Positions 50,845-60,210 of a stretch of DNA of 64,000 bases are shown piece by piece (position 1 is the stretch's first letter; each line of letters opens with the position of its first letter). Source of the stretch: Macrostomum lignano. Its lineage: Eukaryota. Where the stretch lies: contig NIVC01001022.1 of NCBI GenBank assembly GCA_002269645.1, forward strand, positions 434,001-498,000, given 5' to 3'. The notes under the pieces were generated by a model that searched no databases, was not told the origin of the DNA, and saw only the letters and a program-made list of their open reading frames with translations. The translations under genes were made by a program, and so were the position numbers.

Positions 50845-51275
50845 CATAGTCACAAACAAGGACTACTGAATAGACGTGGACTGGAGATACAGAACACCTT
50901 CAATGAAGATTATATGTACAAAAATAACTGATTTTTAGTCATCTATGTTTTATTTAGGAAAAACTCTCCAGTCCAGGCATTATTTAGTTGTCCCTGTAAG
51001 CAAGGATACTGGTTAAAAAGGTTGCGACAAAAAATAGTGACAGAAAGTTAAAGGTGAAACGATAGAACTGGAATATAATAGTAGGTAGTATTATTATTAT
51101 AGATACAACAATATTTACTAATGTAATTATCGACAGAAATTTACAAAGAAAAAATTGAAAATTTTGCTTTCAATGAAATTTGAAAAAGAAACAAATTTCC
51201 GCATGATTTCAATAAGTAGTATGACGCAGATTCTATTATTATTATTTTTCAAAAACTGATTGTTTCCCATCAAGA

Positions 51276-51545
51276 GGGGTTGTAGCCTAGTGGTCAGAGC
51301 GTCGGACTCTCGACTGAAAGGTCGGGGGTTCGATTCTCGACCCTCAACTCGGAACAATTTGTGTCCTTGAGCTAGACACTTAACTAAAATGGGTGCCAGC
51401 ATTAGCTGGGGTAATTGAGGGTGTGTGTGGCGACCCCCCCCCCTCCCCCCAGTCATTGGACTGAACAGCTGAGCTGTCGGTTGCACATCTGGCCTAATTA
51501 GGGAAGGTGTAATCAATTATAATTATCATAATAATTTATTATTAT
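51276..51545 (+). mobile_element. tRNA-derived SINE, family B, with a CORE/V/Meta-SINE-like motif
   Basis: A-box TAGCCTAGTGG, B-box GGTTCGATTC, followed by TGTGTCCTTGAGCTAGACACTTAAC and an AT-rich tail. Confidence 0.75.
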
Positions 51546-51708
51546 CAAAAATTATCACAACAAAATCTACAGCGAGATTAAAGATTTATTGTTTGCTGTT
51601 ATTTTGTAGTGCGAAAAAAAACTGTTGACAAAAAATGTGAAGCTTAGTCAGTTTAGTCAAATCGCCAGTTCGAGCTTTCCAATCCAGGTCTCTATTATAG
51701 CGTCGCAT

Positions 51709-52029
51709 TCAGGTGAAATCCCGATCGGGGAACATCACTGGAGCCAGCAGAGTCCAAGCGTAAATGAAGATGCACAGCCAGCTTGAAGCGATTTTAATCC
51801 AAACAGACGCGTAGTTGGACTGCAGAGTCTGCAGGTTGGAACTGGGCATGAACCAGTTAGTCAGCGTCATCATCACGTACAGCGAGGCCACGGCGAACAT
51901 AACATGGAAGGCGGTGTAAGAATAAGTCGTGCCGTCCTCTTCATCGTCCACAACTGCCTGACCGCCGCTCTCAGCGCCTCCGCCCGCGCCGCCGCCAAGG
52001 TCCGTGTCGGCGATGGTGGTTGATTCGCT
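51709..52029 (-). CDS. SERINC: Serine incorporator (SERINC/TDE) family, terminal exon only
   Basis: DDEEDGTTYSYTAFHVMFAVASLYVMMTLTNW..VWIKIASSWLCIFIYAWTLLAP..RDF*; acceptor TTTTTCACAG|AGC. Confidence 0.92.
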   Translation of the reverse strand, partial: SESTTIADTDLGGGAGGGAESGGQAVVDDEEDGTTYSYTAFHVMFAVASLYVMMTLTNWFMPSSNLQTLQSNYASVWIKIASSWLCIFIYAWTLLAPVMFPDRDFT

Positions 52030-52777
52030 CTGTGAAAAATGAAAAATTTCAATTAGAAATACAATATGAAAGCCGTACCCAGGCCAAGAAGCATCCTAGA
52101 GTCACCGAGTTGTGTTTTAAAACACAAGAGTTAAAGAAATCACAAGAGTCGATAGAGCCCAACAGAGAGTTGCTTGCAACGACTTTTTAGCGATTTTTTG
52201 TCACCGGTTCGCCTGTTTCCGTTTATGAATATGTCTATGGTCTATGTTTTCTCCACTTGGTCGGCTTCTTCCTCTGGGCCACGACGGCTAAAGGGAAAGA
52301 AATTAGCATTTACAACAAGAGAAAAGGTTATCTATGTTAATACTACAGCCTAGCACGCGCGTTAACTGTGAATTTCCCCCGCGCACAAGCTTCAGCCATT
52401 AATAACTTAGGGGGGGGGGACTATTATTAAATTCCAACAGCCAATGAAATTAATGGGGGGAATATCCCGATTTTTTGAAGTCTTGGACATAGACTCGTTT
52501 TCAGAGGAGCGATCCTTTCTATTCCTTCATCCATGGCTTAACTGTCAACTTGGCTGACAAAAAAAGCAATAGGCATTTTATCATAGACGATAAAGTGAAT
52601 AGCTTGTTAAACTTGTAAGTTTTTTGTTGACATCTATAAGCAGCCAGCCTTGTGAAACACAAAGCCGAAAGTCTGTCTTTGAGATAGAATTATTGATAGT
52701 CGGGCGATTCTGTTCAATCAACCAATCGTCCTCATCCTCGCCATCACTAAACATACATGACCCGCCTGGCTGTCGTA

Positions 52778-53130
52778 ATCCGGTTTTCATCCGGCCTCGT
52801 CCGGTTTAACCCGTTTTAGGGGGGTGTTTCCGGACCAAAAAGATGTTGATCCGGTTTTGATCCGGTTTTTGTTTCCGGACCAAAAACCGGGCCGAAATCC
52901 GGAGTAAAGCCGGATGAAAGAGTTCTCTTTGTGACTCTTTTCATCCGGTTTTTGATCCGGTTGACTCGTCGATTAAACTCGAACAATCAGCCGGATTGAA
53001 AACCGGATGAAAACCGGAAGAAAGCATATTTTGGTCCGGAATTTCGTCCGGTTTTACATCCGTCCATTGACCCGCCGAAAGCCGGATAAAGACCGATGCA
53101 CGAAACGGAAGAAGTCCGGATGAAATACCG
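52778..53130. repeat. Left subterminal CCGG-motif cluster of the EnSpm-like element
   Basis: Roughly twenty (A/T/G)TCCGG / CCGGAT motifs in both orientations. Confidence 0.8.
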
Positions 53131-53936
53131 AGTTCGGAAAGGGGACTTGGATTTTTTATGAGTATGTAATTTGCAAGACCGCGTTGAGTTGTTATTAGGT
53201 AAAGAAATATGTAATGAGTGACTAGTGTGACCACTACTGTGTTATTTGAGTTTTTCTGTGCTTTTTTAAAATAGCTGTGTTATTGTGTTTTTTTAAGAAG
53301 TCATCCCTTTTCTTTAATGTGCTGCTTGAATTAGCTGGAATGAATTAAAACGAGAATAGCTATTCGGACAATAAGTAAGCATTGGCAAAATTGCTATAGT
53401 GAATGTTTTTCACTTTTTCTTCATTTAAGTAGCTGCTGTGTTTTTTCTTTCTAGCTGTGTTATTTCTCAGATTTTTGTTGCTGGTCACACTGAGTGACGT
53501 AAATAGTGAAGTACTCGTAAGTATTGAATTATAGAGCTGTATCGCCAGACGGTATAAAAGCCATACATTTTGTGGCAAAAGTCGTAGTAATTTCGTGCCA
53601 TATGTTATCCTAATTTCAATTTAAATACACTGTTGTCTATGTTGCCTATGGCCTATGTTTAATGGAATTTTCCAAAGTTTATGGCTCATGCTTTGTGATT
53701 CCATAACTAATTATGTTTAGTTGTCTGTAGCGTATCTTTCTTGTCAGTCCAGCAATCAGATCAAAGACACAATAATGAAAAAGAAGTAAGGGAGTATATT
53801 ATATTATCAGTTGAAGGAACAAAGACATGCTGAATATATTTCAGATTTAAATGCATGTGTAGGTTCATGCTAAAAATCCGTCTAGAATTTTTTTCGTACT
53901 ACTGATAATGTGACGAAGCAAACCTCATTACAGCGC

Positions 53937-56910
53937 ATGGATATGGATGGCGATGATCGTAGCACTCGCCGTCGCGACTGGATGCGACACTACATGCGCC
54001 AACGCAGGCTGTCTGCCAGACGCGGGCGTGGTTCTGCTGGCGTAAGCCGATCACGTTCTTCGGAAAGGGCATCAGCTGAAGCCGCGCACAATGGTCCGGG
54101 TGCTACCAGCTCATGTGCTACCAGCTCATGTGCTACCAGCTCAGGTGCTACCAGCTCTGGTAACTGCAACACTGACGGAAAACCTGCAGACATTTCTGAA
54201 AGTGAGACACTTGTCTCTATGAGGCGATGTGACGTTGAGATGATGTGGCTGATTATACAGTACAATTTTTTTGCACCGCTCATCCCGCACAGGTGAGCCA
54301 CTGGACAACTCTGCGAGCGTCTCATCGGATGACGAAGAGGACGATAACAAAGACGGGCGATCCCACACAGGCGATGATGGCGAGGAACCGCCATCGGGTG
54401 CAGACACGTCCGCTGGGTCCCATACATCGGACTCGCCATCGGGAGCAGACACGTCCGCTGGGTCCCATACATCGGATGACGAAGAGGACGATAACGAAGA
54501 CGGTAATATTCCTTTGACGCATTACTGTCCGTGACACAATACAGAATACAGATTGCCTGCATACGCTGCTCCACACATTCACACACCGGGCACTGTGTGA
54601 GTCTTGCTCTAATTAGTCTTACTGAGTATACAGTAATCTTTTTCCACCGCATATCCCACACAGGCGATGATGGCGAGGAACCGCGTCGTATCAACGCCAG
54701 GCTGCTGGAAGACTGGCACCCGGGATTTCCGCACACACTAGGCGAGGCTCTTTTTGAGGTCAATTCCTGTGCGGAGGATCTCAAACTGTCCCGTGAGAAG
54801 TTTACAAGACTTCTAGAGATGTTGCACCGCCTTGTGCCCAACAACAGGCTGCCCAAAACTGGACGTGCTGCGCGGGATGCGATAAAGACTGCTCAGTCAT
54901 TCTCTGGAACGACGCTGTGCTCCACAGTCTGCAACGAGTGTTACAAGAACTCTCCCGGACGGTGTGATCCAAGCACCGCAACGTGCGTCCACTGCGGAGG
55001 ACGCAGCGTCGCAAATTTCTGGCACTTTGATGGTCCTATGCAGCTGAAAGCGCTTGTGATGTGGCGTGGAATGCTCGACCACGTTGTGTTCCCTGCCGAC
55101 CGTGCCATAGATCCCGAGGTGCTCCACGTGCGTAGCAGCGAACTGTACAAAGAATTCGTCGATGGCATCGATGTGGAGAGTCGCAGCGACGTCTCCGGCA
55201 TCTTATGCTCGGATGGGTTCCCGCTTTGCAGGACAAGTACTGTTGAGGTGTGCCCCTTTTATTTGTGCTTCGTTGAAGTTCACGACCGGTACAAGTTGCA
55301 ATTCGTAATGAAGCTCGGAGTCTGGGCAGGAACTACAAAGGTGCATCCCAAGGCATGTCTACCTATTATAGTTGACGGACTTAACGATCTGCGTCTGAAT
55401 GGTATACAGTATGTGGATCGACATGGCGTTCGGCAGCGTCTTCGGGTACATGTATTGTTCGCCATGTTTGACGCACCTGCCAGGGCAGACGCTTTGTGCT
55501 TTAAGCGCTTTTCCGCCGTATACGGATGCGACAAGTGCTACCTACGGACGTCAGTTCATCCGTCAGGCCACGGCAGAGTGTATGATGTGGAGTTGACAGA
55601 CGCCATGCAAATGAACGCACGCCGCCTCGGATGTGTCCAGACAGTAGTTCGATCGCTGAATGACACATGTATCCTTGCGGAACACCGGACGTTACGTGGC
55701 AACGGAGATGACACTCTGGGTGTACGTGGACAATCTCCGCTTGGTGATCTGTTTGGCTTCGACTTTGTCAGAGCGACGCCTCCTTGCTTTCTCCATCAGC
55801 TTTGCTTGGGATTAGTGCGCTGGCTACTGTTTCAGCTTTTCCTCGTGCGCCACGAGAAACCTGACCGGTTCGCGGAGAATTGCCCCGACCTGCACAAACG
55901 GATTGGTGACATATCACAGCGCATGCGCTACATTTGAGTTCCCAGGTCCGTTCAGCGACATTCCATCCGACTGCTGAAGGACATCAGGCACGTACGGGGA
56001 CATGAACTGGCATTGTGGATAATTGCTTACTTCCCAATGCTACTAGAAGATTTTCTGCCAGAGGCTCACTATTGGCATTTGCTCGTGCTTTCGTCCGCAG
56101 TGTTCTGGTTGACGCTTGAAGGTGCGCCAAAGAGTGAACTGTGTCACGTCGAAGTTTCGCTGAGGCACTTCCACGCCAATTTGGCTCGTCTATATTCTCT
56201 TCGCGCACTCACGTATAACGCCCACCATGTTTGTGCCCATATGGTGTCATACGCGTATCTCGCGGGCCCACTGCACACGCAATCGGCAGGGCTTTTTGAG
56301 ACGATGCACGTCCACTTACGGCAGCGTCTTCACGGTTCGCGGCGTACTGACGTTGAAATTGTACATGCCATTGAGCGTGAATTTGCTCTCATAGAAGCTG
56401 AGAGCCGACTGAAGAGCGATGACTTGGAGCCGCAGCAGCACGTGACTCACAGAATGCAGTGCATTATTCACTTCGGCGTTAAGCTGCGACGACCATGGGT
56501 ACGGCGGACGGATGGCACACGGCGTCGCTTCCAAGTGGGTTGTTTATCGAAGTATTTCGACAGCCTATAGGCGATGAGCATCCGAAAGTCTCCTGCCTTG
56601 ATGCCACTCGTGGTTCCAGCGCGTGGAGACCATCAGTGCGACTGCCACAGGTGTTGTACTGACGCTGCGTGAGCTGCGTGGGCAGGACGTCGAAATCGAT
56701 CCTCTGGAGATGCTGTGTGCCGTGCCGAAGGAATCTGCTCACCGCGGTTGCCGATTCGCACATGTCAGGCGGCTCCTCGCCGATCCTTTTGGAGTCGCAG
56801 AGTACCTTGGTGAAGTCAGGCAGGCTGCAACGGAGGACATCGTCGGCGCCTGCGTTGTGTCAAACACAAAGATTACTTTGGTTCCTTATGCGCAGTTTGG
56901 CTTTTCTTAA
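53937..56910 (+). pseudogene. Spliced Tnp2/Transposase_21-type DDE transposase: exons ~53937-54201, 54293-54502, 54664 onward. In-frame TGA at 55935-55937; further lesions after ~56540
   Basis: CNEC..CVHC zinc motif, CSDGF (D1), MFDAPAR (D2), GCDKC, LHQLCLG, GPL..SAGLFE (E). Both introns have phase-1 GT-AG junctions. Confidence 0.85.
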
Positions 56911-57640
56911 CAAATATTTTTAGTCATGCTGCGTCCCATGCAATTTAATTTTGCGTACATCCTCTATATGCGTACATTTCGCGTCACTGATTTTAGTGCG
57001 GGCCTCGCTATATCACGCTCGTATGCTGGTTCATCTGCTAAACTGCACTTGTATAGAAGTATACTGTCTGGCTTGCTCCGTCTGGGCAATCGCGAATCTG
57101 AACTGCAACTGTTTTGTGTCCATATTTTTGAGTAACTATTTTTATTTAATTACGTCCGTACGGGTGAGAAAGAGGATACCAGCGCTGATACGAGCTGTAA
57201 CAGGCGTTATGGTCCTGTCCTTTTAACTATCCTTTAAGCTGCCACCAAAGTTGTAACAGATCTTTTGCCTCTGTCTGATAATTTTACCTATTTCCTAGAA
57301 TTTCATTCAAATACTTTCTGGGTAGCGTTTCTGGTAGCGTTTCTGGTAGCGTTCTGGTAGCGTCTTATGTATTGGCCTGAGCGGTCTTAGTACTGGTACA
57401 TGTATTAGTTTGCAGTCTTAATCGGGCGTTCGCCAAGATTAGAGGGTCACGGTACAACTCTCTCTGAATCCTCTTTGTATATTATCCCACTCCATTCTCT
57501 TAGTAAGTTTCTGAGCACTATTACTCTCTCTCCTTGAAATAACTAACTCAATAATTATAGAACCAACAGTCTACCATAGGCACTAGCAAAACGAATTATT
57601 AAGGTATTATAGAGACATACGAGTATAATAGGCACTGGTA

Positions 57641-58945
57641 CGAGGGGCACTAGATAAGTTTTTAGCTGCGGTCAAACCGTTTATTCAAATTAGGCCATAT
57701 TTTCTGAGCATATTGAATAAGAAGTTTTATCATGGTCCCCAAAGTTTCATGCACCTAATTGTCACCATTCTCTCACTGTCGCATTTTGTCTCAACAAGGT
57801 CTGTGACTCTTTCAGCACTGTAATGGAGCTCAATCGTGAACACTTTCGTGCCATGATTTTCTACGATTTTAAGAGCGGCTTGACATTTCACCAGTGCCAC
57901 GAGCGGCTGTCTGCTGCCTTTCCTAACCTTGCGCCATCCATCGCCACCGTCACCGCCTGGTTCCGGGAGTTCAAGCGTGGCCGAGACAGCTTGGAAGACG
58001 AAGGTCGAACCGGCCGACCTGTTTCAGTGACGACACCTGAAACTATCGACCGCGTGCGGCGCATGATTGAGGCTGATCGGCGAGTGACGTATCAAACGAT
58101 TGAGGCATGTCTTGGAATCTCATCGCCGACAGTCGCTTCTATCCTTCGTGATCACCTCGCTGTCCGCAAGCTGACCAGTCGCTGGGTGCCGCATTTGCTC
58201 ACCACCGAGCAGAAGCAGGCCCGCATGAGCTGGTGCCAGGAAATGCTGGACAGGTTTGGCGGAGGGACGTCGAAGTCTGTCACAGACATTGTCACATGTG
58301 ACGAAACGTGGTGTATTGCTACGAACCCGAGCGGAAATGCCAGTCGCGTGTGTGGGCTTTTGAAGATGAAGCCCCGCCGACCAAGGTTGTCAGGGGTCGG
58401 AGCACTGGCAAGCAAATGGTGGCAACTTTCTTCCGAAAGACTGGCCACATTGCGACTGTAGCACTCGAGAGCCAGCGCACAGTGACTGCAGATTGGTACT
58501 GCACCGTCTGCCTGCCGCGTGTCATCAGCAGCCTTAAAGAGGCGCGGCCAAAGTGCGGCGTTCGAGGTCTCTGGCTGCACCAGGACAACGCCAGTGCGCA
58601 CACGGCGAATCGAACTCGAGAGTTTCTACAGACGGTGGGCTTCCAGCAGCTCAGTCATCCACCATATTCACCTGACCTGGAACCGTGTGACTTTTTTTTA
58701 TTTCCATTCATCAAGAATTCCATGCGAGGGTGCCGATTTTCCTCCGCCGAAGAGGCTGTTGATGCCTATAGATCGGCCGTTGAGGGGGTATCCCACTCAG
58801 AGTGGCGCCACTGCTTTGAAACTTGGTTTGAGCGGATGAGGCGGTGTATCCAAGCTGATGGAGAGTACTTTGAAAAGCTCTGAAAGTTTCATCTTTATAA
58901 CTGTTACATGTTGACCGCAGCTAGAAACCCATCTAGTGCCCCTCG
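57641..58945 (+). mobile_element. Full-length (1305 bp) mariner nested in the EnSpm-like element; DD34D transposase 57823-58883 with one frameshift near 58310
   Basis: ~35-bp TIRs CGAGGGGCACTAGAT..TAGCTGCGGTCAA; TA TSD (57639-57640, 58946-58947); WVPHLL, VTCDETW, LHQDNA, YSPDLEPCDFFLF motifs. Confidence 0.93.
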
Positions 58946-58995
58946 TACATTTATGTCAATTAAAAAAATTTTGCTCCTTAACCCAACTGCAGTGA

Positions 58996-59661
58996 ATGTC
59001 GAGCAAATCCAAGCGAGCGAGCGAGCAGGCCGTCATCGACTGGTCCAAGCTGCTCGATACTGTCATTCCAGATTCCGTGCTTGGTGACCTCGATGACCGC
59101 TCCAGTGGCGACGAGACCACGGTGGCTGGGTCGCCGCCGCCAAAGTGGACTCCTGAGGTCTCACCCGACGGCGACGTTATGTCACCGTCATTGCTGGGTC
59201 CGTCGTCCCCTGTCGCATGCAGCACGCAAGCTGCATGCAAAGAAGGTCCTGGCTACTCCGTCCTGCCATCGTCGCCATGTCTGCCTAGCTCTAGCGCAAG
59301 CCTTCAACAGCCCGGCGCAGGTCGGTACACCCTAGAAGACTATAACAGACTGCCTGACGAGGCCCCCCCATCTTATGAGTCGCGCCGCCGAGACGAAAGA
59401 AGACGCCTACCTGCCCAGTGCTGTCCAGACTGTGCGGATTGGTATGGGGCTCTGCCCCCAGAAGAACGGGACAGGCGGTTGCAGAGTCATGGTCGTCACC
59501 GGCATCGTACAATCCTGCAGGCCCCGAACTTCTTTGCCATTGACATGCCACCCAGCCCGCCGCCTGCTCCCCTGGAGCACATGAAGGTCGGCAAGCGTCG
59601 ACGGCGCCCTCTGCGCGACATATCCGTCTTACCGAAAGAGGCCCCCCAGAAGAAGCCGTGA
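58996..59661 (+). CDS. RBBP8-like: Transposon-borne 221-aa protein with a CtIP/Sae2 C-terminal domain
   Basis: RRRDERRRLPAQCCPDCADWYGALPPEERDRRLQSHGRHRHRTILQAPNFFAIDMP aligns by eye to human CtIP [59 protein letters not shown] (recalled from memory); basic KRRRRP tail; intact ORF. Confidence 0.8.
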   Translation: MSSKSKRASEQAVIDWSKLLDTVIPDSVLGDLDDRSSGDETTVAGSPPPKWTPEVSPDGDVMSPSLLGPSSPVACSTQAACKEGPGYSVLPSSPCLPSSSASLQQPGAGRYTLEDYNRLPDEAPPSYESRRRDERRRLPAQCCPDCADWYGALPPEERDRRLQSHGRHRHRTILQAPNFFAIDMPPSPPPAPLEHMKVGKRRRRPLRDISVLPKEAPQKKP

Positions 59662-60210
59662 GATCTGTAGTTACAATGGACTGCTAAGCGGGGACAGGCT
59701 TTTCTATTTTAAAACTAAAGAAGTATGTTTCGTGAAGTTATGAAGTAATGAAGTAATAGTGAACTTCGAATGTTCCCGATCTAATTGTCGCAAGAGCTCT
59801 GCTTCCATCTTTTGTGCCACGACTGCCTTCTGCTGCAGAACTTATATCGAAACTTTATCGAACTTTTATGCAAAATACATTAGAGGTTGGCCCTCTGTGC
59901 ATGTGTAATGCAACGTGTGTCAATTTTGTTCTCTAAGATGTTTCCAGACATTTGTTTCATTACTTTCTTTCATAACATTGCGTCCTACGATCTTTAACGC
60001 TTGTGGTCTATGGGGTTGTAGTACAAAACCTTTTAGTTTTAAGAATGCTCTTAACTCCTATCTCGTCTGTGTAAAAAGTTTAGTACGCTAACTAAACGTC
60101 ACCTCATTAACCTCATTAATGAAAAGATTAACGTCACCTCATTAAGAAATTTCTGATGCTGTTCTGCCCCAAAGCAACTTTGGTTATCTAAACGTCTTTC
60201 CAGAGCGACT

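Noticed and set aside
51276-51348. tRNA gene (and similar heads at 32518 and 50479)
   Set aside because: Imperfect cloverleaf stems continuing into SINE bodies with tails/TSDs; these are SINE heads.
52581-52790. Minus-strand ORF (SDGEDEDDWLIEQ..) as a SERINC exon
   Set aside because: No SERINC motifs; it straddles the transposon's left TIR.
58996-59661. Interpretation as the terminal exon of the normal host CtIP gene
   Set aside because: It sits inside matching TIRs with a TSD, an in-frame TGA precedes the ATG, and no CtIP N-terminal coiled-coil exon is visible upstream. Not fully excluded without RNA data, since an internal acceptor near 59070 exists.
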